DNA of 64,000 nucleotides from a virus. The translations under genes and the position numbers were made by a program. The stretch is from IMG/VR virus record IMGVR_UViG_3300021141_000001; one strand, written 5' to 3'. This document shows positions 47,451 through 58,252 of the stretch, one piece after another. The notes under the pieces are model-generated. The model was not told where the DNA came from. It made no database searches and was given only the letters and a program-made list of their open reading frames with translations. How positions within the stretch are numbered: the first letter of the stretch is position 1; every line of letters starts with the position of its first letter.

Positions 47451-48222
47451 TTTCAAACCAATTTATAATCTTAGAATAATTAGGAGTTTCTTTTAAGAAA
47501 TATCTCATGTCATTTGGACAGTTAATTACATTTAATCCATTCTCAGTTTTCTGAGCATTTCTCATCATAATAATCTTATTTGATTTGATATAAGGAGAAG
47601 GTATAACATTCATACCATTTATATTTCCATCCACAACACCATCTTTTATATCAGACATCATCATTCCATTAGACATCAGAAGATATTTATAAGCATCTAA
47701 ACCAACTATAATAGTATTGGCTGGTCCTGTTCTTCCGGTTGATGATATTAGATTACTGGTCATCATTAATCTTGTTATAACTTTTCTTGATGTTGATGAC
47801 TCATTTTCATAATCTGTTAGATTAGGATCTTTTTGAATAGAAACATTCAAATTTTGAGGAATATTCATTGACTTTGATGTTAATGATTCTAATGTCATCA
47901 TAACATCATTGTAAATATCAAATAAGTCTAAATAGGTTTTACCTTGAACATTAATAGAGTTAAGTTTAGGAGTTATAGTCATCATATAACTTTCGTTATC
48001 TAATGGATTTGAAAACGGTTCTCTATTTTTGAACTCTTCAACTTTATCATCTATAATAGCATCAATCGCAAGTTCACGATTCTTTCTTTTTAATTCTCTT
48101 TGATATTCCTCATTGGATGATTCATCCCAATCCATAAAAGTCATTACACCTTGTGGCAAAGAAGGCTTTGTAGATTCTACATAGTTACAGATTTTCTCTA
48201 AATCTTTAGATGAAATTATCAT
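47443..48222 (-). CDS. Truncated major-capsid paralogue (C-terminal part)
   Basis: RKVITRLMMTSNLISSTGRTGPANTII vs MCP RKLITKIAHASNYIATEGRVGPAQYLI; GNINGMNVIPSPY vs GSIGDISIYVDPY. Confidence 0.7.
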   Translation of the reverse strand: MIISSKDLEKICNYVESTKPSLPQGVMTFMDWDESSNEEYQRELKRKNRELAIDAIIDDKVEEFKNREPFSNPLDNESYMMTITPKLNSINVQGKTYLDLFDIYNDVMMTLESLTSKSMNIPQNLNVSIQKDPNLTDYENESSTSRKVITRLMMTSNLISSTGRTGPANTIIVGLDAYKYLLMSNGMMMSDIKDGVVDGNINGMNVIPSPYIKSNKIIMMRNAQKTENGLNVINCPNDMRYFLKETPNYSKIINWFEII

Positions 48223-48970
48223 ATTTATTCTTCATTCCAATTTTTGGCAATTGGTTAAGAATAACCTTTTGTAACTGAGATTTATCCATTTGAGAGGTTT
48301 TAGTTAGTAAATCTAAATTTCTTTGATACCACTTCATATCTGGCATTCCTCTTTCATGATATAAATGAAAACATTTAGATTGTAGCTCAGTCCAAGTTAA
48401 GAATTGTTTAACCTTTATTGATTGAAAGTCATCTTCACCACCCCATCCTATAAAATCTTCATTCCAACCAGCTATTCTTTGAATTGCGTCTCTTCTAAAA
48501 ATACAAATTCCACCACATAAAGGCACTTTTTGTATATCGGTTTCGCCTCTACCTGGTCTGTTAATTTGAAGAAGTTGTTCTAGTGATAAATTACTTTCTT
48601 GTTGAGTTAAATCAATTACTGTATGATATGGATTACACATTTCAAATTCATTCATTGACTCTAAACCTCTTATAAAAGAGTTTGGTTCCATTATTAAATC
48701 TGAATCACCAAATACAATTATGTTTGATGTTGAATGTTTTAAACCTACATTAAATGCCAGTGACTTATTAAAAGGTAGATTTGACTTTGTGAAGATATGT
48801 TTTGATTTGAGACCTAGATGAGATATTTTAGAGTGTGTGTCTTGTTCTACAACAATTACTTCAACTCTAGCAAAGCCATTAATCCAGTCAAGTACTCTTC
48901 TTAAATTTTGTAACCTTTCTAAACTATGTCTATAGGCTATGATAAATGTAAATGTATAATTTGAATTCAT
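48206..48970 (-). CDS. Glycosyltransferase (GT2/GT7-like)
   Basis: IIAYR, VVEQD, FNKS...N.G, GDSD, GWNEDFIGWGGEDD, HLYH. Confidence 0.88.
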   Translation of the reverse strand: MNSNYTFTFIIAYRHSLERLQNLRRVLDWINGFARVEVIVVEQDTHSKISHLGLKSKHIFTKSNLPFNKSLAFNVGLKHSTSNIIVFGDSDLIMEPNSFIRGLESMNEFEMCNPYHTVIDLTQQESNLSLEQLLQINRPGRGETDIQKVPLCGGICIFRRDAIQRIAGWNEDFIGWGGEDDFQSIKVKQFLTWTELQSKCFHLYHERGMPDMKWYQRNLDLLTKTSQMDKSQLQKVILNQLPKIGMKNKYDNFI

Positions 48971-49061
48971 TAAAGAATATTATTTTTTATTTATATCAAA
49001 TAGAATCTATTTGTTTAGTGTATAAGTATTGATACTTTATATATAAGTAATATAAAATGTT

Positions 49062-49724
49062 ATGAAAACAAATCGTAAAAATAATTTAATTTTAAACTAC
49101 TATAAAGATGAAGTAGAAGATAGAAATTTAGAACTATTAACTTGCTTTGTGAAAAATTTAAATAATGATTATATTCATAATATAGTTGTTATTTCAAACG
49201 AAAATGATTATTACTCATTAAATACAAATTTAGTAGATAATAAAAATAAAATTATTCCTATATTAACTGAAGTGAGACCGACCTATAATGATTACTTTTC
49301 AATAATAAGAAATCTATTTAATGATGATAATAACATAAATATCATATCAAACTTGGACATTATAATTCCACAAGAAACATTATATAGCGAAGTATCAAAA
49401 ACAATAAATGATTATATAGATAGTAAAACTTGTCTAGCTTTATCTCGTTGGGATATACAAGAAGACAACACTTATGTTCATTTTGATAGATCTGATTCTC
49501 AAGATACCTGGATTTTTCTTGGTGGTATTCCTAACATTGATGGTGCTGATTTTACTCTTGGTAGATCTGGTTGTGATAATAAAATATCATATCTTCTTGA
49601 TGAAAGTGGATACTTTGTTATAAACCCCTCAAAGACATTAAAAACATATCATTTACATTTAACAAATATTAGAAACTATGGTAGTGTAATACCGCCTCCA
49701 TATAAATTATTACCGACTTTTTAA
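49062..49724 (+). CDS. Glycosyltransferase-like protein
   Basis: SNLDI, ALSRWD, SQDTWIF, GCDN, HLH. Confidence 0.55.
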   Translation: MKTNRKNNLILNYYKDEVEDRNLELLTCFVKNLNNDYIHNIVVISNENDYYSLNTNLVDNKNKIIPILTEVRPTYNDYFSIIRNLFNDDNNINIISNLDIIIPQETLYSEVSKTINDYIDSKTCLALSRWDIQEDNTYVHFDRSDSQDTWIFLGGIPNIDGADFTLGRSGCDNKISYLLDESGYFVINPSKTLKTYHLHLTNIRNYGSVIPPPYKLLPTF

Positions 49725-50768
49725 TTAAGATATACTTACAAAAAAATCCGCTAGTTTTTTAACATATTCTTTACCAAATTTATCTCTCACATATTCTTTT
49801 CCTTGATTGGCTATCATATGACCTTCATCGCTTTCTATCCATTTTTTATAAAAAGAATTATCTTTTATAAGACCATTTTCATCAAAACAAGGTATATAAT
49901 GAATATATTCTATCAGACCTAATTGTTCTTTCAGTAGCGGATTTGGTTCAAAAAATCCAATACATCCACACATAAGTACTTCTATATGTTTAGCCAATAA
50001 AAAATTTATCGGATATACATAATGACCTACAAATGCTGCTTTATATTTAGATAATTCTTTATAGTAATTTAACTCAGTCATATGATCATTATTTTTATAT
50101 CCTGGGTGATCAATTTTGTAAATTAAATCCTTAAATAATACATCCTTTCTTAAATTATCAAATTCGACTCTAGAGTCATAACCTTTTACTATATCACCCG
50201 ACAAGACAACACCATTTATTCTTTTTTCAAATTTTGACTCATCTATGTACTCGTAGTTTTCTTCATTTAAGAAATAAAAAAAGTCTACTATTTTTTCATC
50301 AAATTCATTTATTTTTAAATTTTTAAAATATATTGAAGATGGTGTTATTAGATAGTCTACATCTTTAATGTAAAATGGTTCGTATTTTTTTGAAAATCTC
50401 TGTACAATCTCGCCATCTCTTTCAACAAAATGAGCAAAGTAGTGAAGGTCATCTTGCCACATGACTTTTTTTATTCCCTTTCCATTTTTTATTGCGATTT
50501 CCCATCCATATGGATGTATTCCAAATATTATAAAGTCTTTTTTATTTTCAATCTCTTCTAAAAACTCAATTTCTGTCTTATTTAAAACTTCTTTAATATA
50601 TTTTGATGTTATTATTTCAATTCCTCTTTCTTCAAATATTTTTATTATAGACTCGTCATAAAACATCTTTATTAGATTTCTAATAAGACTTGAGACACTA
50701 TAGTTGTCGCTTTCACTTAGTACAATTAGTTTCATGTGTTTAGTATATTTTATATATTTTTCTTCCAT
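49725..50768 (-). CDS. GT-B glycosyltransferase-like protein
   Basis: WQDDLH, HPGY, AKHIEVLMCG, IANQGKEYV. Confidence 0.65.
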   Translation of the reverse strand: MEEKYIKYTKHMKLIVLSESDNYSVSSLIRNLIKMFYDESIIKIFEERGIEIITSKYIKEVLNKTEIEFLEEIENKKDFIIFGIHPYGWEIAIKNGKGIKKVMWQDDLHYFAHFVERDGEIVQRFSKKYEPFYIKDVDYLITPSSIYFKNLKINEFDEKIVDFFYFLNEENYEYIDESKFEKRINGVVLSGDIVKGYDSRVEFDNLRKDVLFKDLIYKIDHPGYKNNDHMTELNYYKELSKYKAAFVGHYVYPINFLLAKHIEVLMCGCIGFFEPNPLLKEQLGLIEYIHYIPCFDENGLIKDNSFYKKWIESDEGHMIANQGKEYVRDKFGKEYVKKLADFFVSIS

Positions 50769-51843
50769 TTAACTCGTATAGATATTCAATTTCATCTTTA
50801 TTTGTCTCAGTTTTGACAAAATCTATAAACTCTTCTGGTGTTAAATTTAAAAATGCTGACTCCATTTGTGGTTCATCGGTTGAGTGTACTTGTATAAATA
50901 ATTCTTTGAATTTAATTGAATTTAAATAACTTCTAAGATTGTTATATAAATTTTCTGTTTTTAGAAAGTGATGGAAAATATTAAATGCTACGATTATATC
51001 AAAATTAAATTCAACATCAAAAAATGAATCTTCGATTATTTTATAATTCATTTCATATGATTTGTGTAGTTTTTTCATAACATTTAGATATTTACTGTCG
51101 GTCTCAATTGCTGTACAATTAAATCCTTCTAACTCAGCTTGATAACATATATTTCCAAAAAGACTACCTATATCTACTAAAGTACTGCCTATTGGGAGTT
51201 TTGTATTATTTTTTATAATATCAAATCTCACATCTGGCCACATAGTTTGTATGTCTGTGAAGTCTGGATGTGGTAAATTTTGATATGTTCTTCCATTCCA
51301 TAATTTATCACACATTTCTTTTATTTCTAATTTATACTTAGACCAATTTTCATGTACTCTAAATACTTTAACTGGTATAGTTTTAAAGTTTAATATTTTT
51401 GATATACACAATCTATGAGTTCCGTTTTTAGCAAATAAAAAACCACCTTCTCTATCAATTGATACGCAAATATCATCTTCTTCATAATATCCTTTTGGTA
51501 TCTCACCTGTTTCCTTCATATATTTATAAAGGTCTTTTAGATATTCTCCTCTTTTTAATATCAATTCAATTGAATTACAACTCCACATAGGGTTTCCATT
51601 ATTTAAATTTTCCAATAAATGAGTATATAATTTGGTTTCTATCCAAGGAGTTCCATTTTTTAAAAAATCAAATAAACTTCTATATATCATTAGTTCACTA
51701 AAATCTATCACATTAAGATCCCAATCTCCATTTTCTGTACATGTTTCTATAATAGAATTTATATCTTCTATATTATAGAATGGGCCACCACCATCAATAT
51801 TTGATTTTTTTATCTTTGATGGATTTATAAAAAGTGTTTTCAT
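50740..51843 (-). CDS. ParB/Srx-like domain fused to class I SAM methyltransferase
   Basis: NGTHRL.I.K.L....IPV.V; LVDIGSLFG; FNIFHH. Confidence 0.7.
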   Translation of the reverse strand: MKTLFINPSKIKKSNIDGGGPFYNIEDINSIIETCTENGDWDLNVIDFSELMIYRSLFDFLKNGTPWIETKLYTHLLENLNNGNPMWSCNSIELILKRGEYLKDLYKYMKETGEIPKGYYEEDDICVSIDREGGFLFAKNGTHRLCISKILNFKTIPVKVFRVHENWSKYKLEIKEMCDKLWNGRTYQNLPHPDFTDIQTMWPDVRFDIIKNNTKLPIGSTLVDIGSLFGNICYQAELEGFNCTAIETDSKYLNVMKKLHKSYEMNYKIIEDSFFDVEFNFDIIVAFNIFHHFLKTENLYNNLRSYLNSIKFKELFIQVHSTDEPQMESAFLNLTPEEFIDFVKTETNKDEIEYLYELNGRKIYKIY

Positions 51844-54800
51844 TTTTTTACATAGTTTTTAATCAGTATTTCAGGACTGATTGGTTTATTGTTATTTGTA
51901 ATAAATTTGAATTCTTTTTTTGAAACCAAATTTTCTATTCTTTCGAAATTATTATCTTTAATTAAAAAGTTTTTTTCTCTATTTCTTAAAGGTGATTCAT
52001 TTGATATGCTAGTCATAGCACCCATGAGCGCAAATAGATTAATATCACTTGGATCTGATTTAAATATTTCCATTAATTTAGCTGGTAGTTCATCTAACCA
52101 ATTATATTTGAACACTTTCCATTTTTCCATTAAATCAAAATATCTTTCATATATTAATTGTTCTGTCCATTTTGGACTATGTTGACCAACAACCTCAGGG
52201 CACATTAGTGTTTCAAATCCGTCATTTTGTAACCTTGACATTTGTTCAACTTCACAAGATATTATTTCTAAATTGTATGGGTATTTTTTTAAGATGGTGT
52301 GTTTGTAGCCTTTTATACCGTAGATATCAAAATCTAAATGAACATCATTTAACATATGAGTAACTGTACTTATATTTTCTTCAGTTTTTATTAACCTGTC
52401 ATATATTTTTTCAATTGTATCTTCATATAAAATCATATCTTCATCAACTTGTATGTAGTAATCTGTTTTACAATCATCTATCATTTTTTGAAATGCTTTA
52501 GACATTGGTGCTATGTCTTTTATTTCGATTAAATTAAATTTCACAGTTTGGTTTAATAAAGATTTTAAACAATCTTCATAATTTGGATTTTGACCACATC
52601 TTATTATAAATACTGTTAAATAATCCGATAAATCTTTAGAACTATTTGTAAATAAATTTGACTTTTCTTTTGATAAAACATTTAAGAAGAAGTTAGCAAA
52701 CTTATTAGCGGTTTTTTTATAAGTAAAGTTTTCTAAGACAACCTCTCTTGCTTTTTTACCAACTTCTTTACATTCTGTTCTATTTTTTTTAAGATTATTA
52801 ATTATTTTAATAAAGTCTTCTTTACTCTCACCTGTAAAACAAGGTATTAACTTAGATAATTCATTATCATTTCTAATTAACATTGGAACCTCACAAAGAC
52901 CTGCTTCTAAAAAAGTTTGTGGACCACCTTCTGATGTACTAAAGTTTATACATATATCAGCCTTATTATAATAATTAACAAGATCGTCGTTATTAACGTT
53001 TGTACAGGTTATTAATTTTATATCAGCCTTGTTACAAATTTCAACTATATCCTCATAGTTTTTTACCTTTCTGTTAGTGTTACCTACAAAGATTGCCGTA
53101 AATTCATTTTCTTTTACATTATCTATATGATAGAATTTTTCTTCATCAGCAGAATCGTGTATTATAGTTTGTGGATAATCCTGAGGTAAAAATTTACATA
53201 TAGAATTCTTTAAATAGTTATTAACAAAAACACCACCTCTACTTGCCTTGAAAAACTCAGAGATTTTTTCTTCACTAAAATATGAATTTTCTAGCCAAAA
53301 AGCTGAGTAACATCCTCTGATCACATTATCACCATCTGGTATACATCTTTCAGCTTCCCACATTACAAATATTAAATCCCATTCATCTGATATAACGTTA
53401 TCTCTTTTTTGATGTATATCTCTAGCGTACTTTATAGTGTATTCTATTTTATCTGGATATGGATTATATTTAACTACTGATTTTGCTATATTATCAAATG
53501 CCCAATCTTTTACATCTGGTAATAATAGAATTTTTTTCTTTTTTATAATATTAAAATTTGAAAGATTCCATCTTACTAAATTTGAATATGTAATGATATT
53601 TTTTGATTCTCTTATATCAGAGCTTTCAACATCAGATATCACTATATTTGGATAGAATGTATAGCACTTACCGTAATTATTTGATTGTATCTCGGATAAT
53701 AAGTTATCTACAGATTTTCTTTTTGTTTCTAATAGATTTATCACATCGTCATATATTGATGATTCAATCGCATAAGCAAAGGTCCCTAGCGTGTTCTTAC
53801 ACAAGTAGAAACAATCTTTTTCTTCAATTCCGCTCCAGTTGAATTGACTAGCCCCTAAATAAACAATACTCCAATCTATTTTTGATATTTTTTTGATACT
53901 TTCTGTAAAGTCTTTACTAAATGTTATATCATCTTCAAAAATTAATATTCTTTTATAATTATTTATTTTTGCTGTTTTAATCAATTCTATGTGTGATAGT
54001 AGACAAGCTAGTGAGTTTTTATTTTCAATTAAGCCATTTAAACTAGCACTTTCACCGGTTAGTCTATTCGGATTATATTTATTTAGTATATTATTAAATT
54101 CTTCATCACTAATTGTCAGACCATTTATTGCTTCAAATCTTTCAACTTCTATTAAGTTTTCATTAAATAATTTTTCAACTCTTTCCCATCTATCTTTTTT
54201 ATTTTGTAAATTAATACAATAGATTTTATCAAAGTATTTATTTATATCAAATGATTGTTCGGTTTCATTCAAAAATAATTCATTTTCTATAAATCTTTTA
54301 GTTTTTCTACCTTCCCAGTTTTGACATGTTTGACCAAGATGTAGAACGGTCGTATTTAATTCGGTCTCGTTTTTATTAAATGTGTCTCTGAATATAATAT
54401 CACTCCAGGCAGCATCATTTGAGTTTTCTGGAAAAATATTTGATTTTTTTTGAAATTTTTTAATATTAAACATTTGAAAGTATCCAAATCCTTTGGCTCT
54501 TTCTAATCTTCCTACATCTTTATTATTTAGAAAATCTAAAAATAGTTCATAACTATCAAGTATTAGTCTTTTACAAACTATTAAATTTTGATGAATTAAA
54601 TTTGTTTTTTCTAATACTTCTAAGAAATCATCTTGTAAATAAATATCAGCATCTAATAGTAAAATCCATTCTGGATTTTTTAAAGATTTTATACCTTCAT
54701 TTATTGCTTTACCTTTATTGAAGATAGCTCCGTCTTCATACATTCTTTCCGTTATAATACAATTTGCTCCAAATTTTTTACATAATTCTTGACAGATTAT

Positions 54801-55475
54801 ATCATTTTTTGATGTTACGACAGTTACGTTTGAAACTTTTGTCGTACTTTTAAGAGTTATTGACAGAAAATCATTGTAGTTAACTGATACTATAATAATG
54901 TCTAATTTAATATTTGTTTCATTTGATAACTCTTTTCGTCTTTTGTTTAAGTAAGACTCCTTTCGTCTCACATTTTTTTCTAACAAACTTCTTGATATAT
55001 TTGGTTGTCTTTTTTCGGGTATTATATTATCTTCATTCTTTATTAATAGATTTTTTCTTTCTATTAAAATTTTATTATTTGATGTGTTTATTCTTAATAT
55101 ACTATCTATGTTATCGCCCATTTCTAACTCAGTATTTTTATTAAAAATATAACAACCGTCATCTATTTTAATAGTTTTGTCTACAGGTGTTTCCAAATTT
55201 ATTAGACTATTATTGAATTTAATAAATGGATTTGAGAATATAAATACATCATCATTATAAATTCTTTTACAATATTCAATTATTTCTCTATCTGTATAGC
55301 CATTTTTAATAACTAACTTAACTTTATTGTTTTTTGGTAATACAATATTTGTATTATTATAAAAAATAACTATATTTGATATAAAACTAATATCTGAATT
55401 GTTGATTAAACATTCGATTAAATCTTTTTGATAGGCTTCGTTAGCAAATGGTGTTACTTTATTAATAAGAATCAT
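51840..55475 (-). CDS. Multidomain glycosyltransferase (GT2 + GT25 + GT4 + GT2-like)
   Basis: FNKG..IN..LLDAD; CINL..R...FEA...SH..FEDD; EGGPQTFLEAG; QVDED. Confidence 0.85.
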   Translation of the reverse strand: MILINKVTPFANEAYQKDLIECLINNSDISFISNIVIFYNNTNIVLPKNNKVKLVIKNGYTDREIIEYCKRIYNDDVFIFSNPFIKFNNSLINLETPVDKTIKIDDGCYIFNKNTELEMGDNIDSILRINTSNNKILIERKNLLIKNEDNIIPEKRQPNISRSLLEKNVRRKESYLNKRRKELSNETNIKLDIIIVSVNYNDFLSITLKSTTKVSNVTVVTSKNDIICQELCKKFGANCIITERMYEDGAIFNKGKAINEGIKSLKNPEWILLLDADIYLQDDFLEVLEKTNLIHQNLIVCKRLILDSYELFLDFLNNKDVGRLERAKGFGYFQMFNIKKFQKKSNIFPENSNDAAWSDIIFRDTFNKNETELNTTVLHLGQTCQNWEGRKTKRFIENELFLNETEQSFDINKYFDKIYCINLQNKKDRWERVEKLFNENLIEVERFEAINGLTISDEEFNNILNKYNPNRLTGESASLNGLIENKNSLACLLSHIELIKTAKINNYKRILIFEDDITFSKDFTESIKKISKIDWSIVYLGASQFNWSGIEEKDCFYLCKNTLGTFAYAIESSIYDDVINLLETKRKSVDNLLSEIQSNNYGKCYTFYPNIVISDVESSDIRESKNIITYSNLVRWNLSNFNIIKKKKILLLPDVKDWAFDNIAKSVVKYNPYPDKIEYTIKYARDIHQKRDNVISDEWDLIFVMWEAERCIPDGDNVIRGCYSAFWLENSYFSEEKISEFFKASRGGVFVNNYLKNSICKFLPQDYPQTIIHDSADEEKFYHIDNVKENEFTAIFVGNTNRKVKNYEDIVEICNKADIKLITCTNVNNDDLVNYYNKADICINFSTSEGGPQTFLEAGLCEVPMLIRNDNELSKLIPCFTGESKEDFIKIINNLKKNRTECKEVGKKAREVVLENFTYKKTANKFANFFLNVLSKEKSNLFTNSSKDLSDYLTVFIIRCGQNPNYEDCLKSLLNQTVKFNLIEIKDIAPMSKAFQKMIDDCKTDYYIQVDEDMILYEDTIEKIYDRLIKTEENISTVTHMLNDVHLDFDIYGIKGYKHTILKKYPYNLEIISCEVEQMSRLQNDGFETLMCPEVVGQHSPKWTEQLIYERYFDLMEKWKVFKYNWLDELPAKLMEIFKSDPSDINLFALMGAMTSISNESPLRNREKNFLIKDNNFERIENLVSKKEFKFITNNNKPISPEILIKNYVKK

Positions 55476-55514
55476 ATTTGTTATATATAAAAAAATATTG
55501 TTTTTAACAGAAAA

Positions 55515-55916
55515 ATGGAGAAAAAAGTAGGAAGAATTGAAAATATTTCTTTTCCGGAACTTAAAATAGAAAAGATAAAGGCAAAAGTAGATACTGGTGC
55601 TTATGGAGTTGCTTTACATGTTGATAGTATAAAACTTGAAGATGGTAAGTTATATTTTACAGTTGGTAATGAAGAGTTTTCTTATAATAAATTCAAAACT
55701 ATTATAGTTAAAAATTCATTTGGTAAAGTTCAGAAAAGATTTTCTATATTTACTAAATTAACAATTGGTGATTCAATATATAAATTTTATGTATCTTTAA
55801 CAGATAGAAAAAAAATGAGATATCCTGTTTTAATAGGTAGAAGATTCCTTTACAAATTCAACTATTTAGTTGATGTAACAAAAAAGAATATAAATGATAG
55901 AAATAAAAAGGTGTAA
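55515..55916 (+). CDS. RimK-associated retropepsin-like protease
   Basis: AKVDTGA, LTDR..MRYPVLIGRRFL. Confidence 0.85.
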   Translation: MEKKVGRIENISFPELKIEKIKAKVDTGAYGVALHVDSIKLEDGKLYFTVGNEEFSYNKFKTIIVKNSFGKVQKRFSIFTKLTIGDSIYKFYVSLTDRKKMRYPVLIGRRFLYKFNYLVDVTKKNINDRNKKV

Positions 55917-56424
55917 TTATATTACCGGAAATCCTTCAGACGTTTCTTATGCTGTTAAGAAAATAGTTGACTTCTTAGATATGGAGGGTAGAAATCCGGT
56001 CTTATTTTGTAAACCAAGAAGTTCAAACTCTACTGCTACTACACTTAAATATTTAATGGAACCTAAAATAAACTTCAATAATATTGAAGATTTTACAGAA
56101 GTATTAAATAATAAAGGTAATCTATTTAGAGTTGATTTATTAGTATTCGATTTTTGGCATTTGAGTGTTTCTTCAATAATAGAATATAAACAAGTTATTG
56201 ATAAATTAAATATTGATTATATAATATTAGCCAAAGAGTATCATTATAAATCATCTGAGGATGTTAATGATTATCATGTTAAAATTGAATCTAGAGAATT
56301 ATATCACAGTGAATACTCAATAACTGATAAAATATCTGGATGGACTTCAAACTTAGAAAATTTATCAAAATCTTACATTCGTAATAAAAAAATTGACGAT
56401 ATTTTCAATAAAAATGATGAATAA
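55894..56424 (+). CDS. Degenerate P-loop-like protein ending IRNKKIDDIF
   Basis: YITG at the N-terminus; LLVFD (Walker B-like). Confidence 0.45.
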   Translation: MIEIKRCNYITGNPSDVSYAVKKIVDFLDMEGRNPVLFCKPRSSNSTATTLKYLMEPKINFNNIEDFTEVLNNKGNLFRVDLLVFDFWHLSVSSIIEYKQVIDKLNIDYIILAKEYHYKSSEDVNDYHVKIESRELYHSEYSITDKISGWTSNLENLSKSYIRNKKIDDIFNKNDE

Positions 56425-56425
56425 T

Positions 56426-56456
56426 TTTGTAATTGTTAATAAGTTGTTTATATTTG
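56426..56456 (+). promoter_or_regulatory. Bacteroidetes-type promoter
   Basis: TTTG - 19 nt - TATATTTG. Confidence 0.75.
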
Positions 56457-56480
56457 TATAATAAATATAATTATACATTC

Positions 56481-57575
56481 ATGAGAATACGCAGAAAGTT
56501 TTTACAACTTACGAAATACACTTATCCACACGGCACAGAGGGATTTTTAAAATCATATCTTCCGGAAGGTACTAAAAAAGATGCCTATGGTAATTTTTAC
56601 TACCTAATTGGTGAGGATCCTACAACAATGTTTACTTGTCATTTAGATACTGCTTGTTCTAAACAAGTAAAAGTAAATCATGTTCAAACACAAAATATAA
56701 TTAAGACTGACGGTTCTTCTATTTTAGGAGCCGATGATAAAGCAGGAATGGTTGTTATTCTTAATATGATTGAGAATAAAGTTCCAGGTCTTTATTATTT
56801 CTTTATTGGCGAGGAAGTTGGTTGTGTTGGTTCTAGTAAATTAGCTCAAAATTGGGTAAATAGTGAATTCAGTTATACTATTTCTAAAGTTGTTTCTTTT
56901 GATAGAAGAAGTACCGGATCTGTTATTACACATCAATGGTATGGTCGTTGTTGTTCTGATGAATTTGCTGATGAATTATCTTTTAGATTAAATGGAACCG
57001 GTCAAAGATTAAAACTTGAACCAGATGATACGGGTGTTTTAACAGACTCTGCCCAATTTATGGATATCGTACCAGAGTGTACTAATATTTCAGTTGGTTA
57101 TATGTATGAACATACAACCGGTGAGTATCAAGATATTGAGTTTCTACAAAGACTTTGTAAAGCTGTTTGTTTAATTGATTGGGAATCACTTCCTGTTGAA
57201 AGAAATCCATATGATATTTCAAATGAAGATGATGATGATGATGATTTAGAATTTTCAACAGATGATGAAGTTTATTCAGAAGAATACTATTCTTACTTTT
57301 CAGTAAATGGTAAAACAAAGAAAATGTATATTGCTACTGATTTGATAAAAAAAGAAACTGAATTAATCAGAAATTATTTAACAAATAATGGTTATGGTGA
57401 TATGTATGGTATTACCTGGAATGGTCATAAGTGTTATGCTCAAAATGAAACAAATTGTTATGACTTTGTTGGCTCTCGTACAGATCTTATGGATGTGATA
57501 TCTGAATTGTGTTCAGTTCCTTTGAATAAGATTAAAGAGAAATTGAGAAATGATATTAGTCATTTAGTATTCTAA
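56481..57575 (+). CDS. M28/M20-like zinc peptidase, paralogue 2
   Basis: TYPHG, CHLDT, GADDKAG, GEEVG, FDRR, PECTNISVGY, EHT. Confidence 0.8.
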   Translation: MRIRRKFLQLTKYTYPHGTEGFLKSYLPEGTKKDAYGNFYYLIGEDPTTMFTCHLDTACSKQVKVNHVQTQNIIKTDGSSILGADDKAGMVVILNMIENKVPGLYYFFIGEEVGCVGSSKLAQNWVNSEFSYTISKVVSFDRRSTGSVITHQWYGRCCSDEFADELSFRLNGTGQRLKLEPDDTGVLTDSAQFMDIVPECTNISVGYMYEHTTGEYQDIEFLQRLCKAVCLIDWESLPVERNPYDISNEDDDDDDLEFSTDDEVYSEEYYSYFSVNGKTKKMYIATDLIKKETELIRNYLTNNGYGDMYGITWNGHKCYAQNETNCYDFVGSRTDLMDVISELCSVPLNKIKEKLRNDISHLVF

Positions 57576-57608
57576 ATAAAAAAAGAGAACTTAAAGTTCT
57601 CTTTTTTG

Positions 57609-57794
57609 TTATCCTAATATTAAACCAGGTGCTTTATATTGTTTTTGAGAAACTATCTCTAACATTTGATTAGTTGATAATTCATTTGGATTCCAACCTT
57701 TGTTTTTAGAGTATTCGTGTAAAAACTTTTCTCTTAACATGTTTATTTCTTCTTGAGATAAACTGGAATTCTTGATTAATTCTGAATCTTTCAT
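57609..57794 (-). CDS. Small hypothetical protein
   Basis: 61-aa ORF followed by a terminator. Confidence 0.6.
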   Translation of the reverse strand: MKDSELIKNSSLSQEEINMLREKFLHEYSKNKGWNPNELSTNQMLEIVSQKQYKAPGLILG

Positions 57795-57809
57795 AATTTT
57801 ATTTAATTT

Positions 57810-58238
57810 TTATAATAAAAATAGGTATATAAATATTTGAGCTAAAACTCCAATTACCATACCTAATGTTCTTTTACTGTATGTAGTTAGTGGTGTGAAT
57901 CTTGGAAATGTTTTAGACTCATCTTTCCATCTTTTTGGATAAGATCTTCCATCTAATTTATTTCTTGTATAGTAATAAGTTCCATTGTGAAAGAAATTAA
58001 ACATTAAGAATATACAAGCCAAACAAAGTAGTGAAAACCAACCAAGTGTGTGTACCATGAAACCACCAGTTATTAACATAACTAAAACTCTTTGTAGGTT
58101 AAAGATAGGATTTATATCAAAATCACATACTCTTCTACTGTTATTTTCATAGTGCCAGTAGAAACCTTCTCTTACTCCTTCTGTTAGTGCGTAACCAACC
58201 CAAATCAAATTTGTTAATATAAGTGTTATTAGTATCAT
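57810..58238 (-). CDS. Membrane protein
   Basis: Several TM segments. Confidence 0.6.
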   Translation of the reverse strand: MILITLILTNLIWVGYALTEGVREGFYWHYENNSRRVCDFDINPIFNLQRVLVMLITGGFMVHTLGWFSLLCLACIFLMFNFFHNGTYYYTRNKLDGRSYPKRWKDESKTFPRFTPLTTYSKRTLGMVIGVLAQIFIYLFLL

Positions 58239-58252
58239 ATACCTAATTATTT

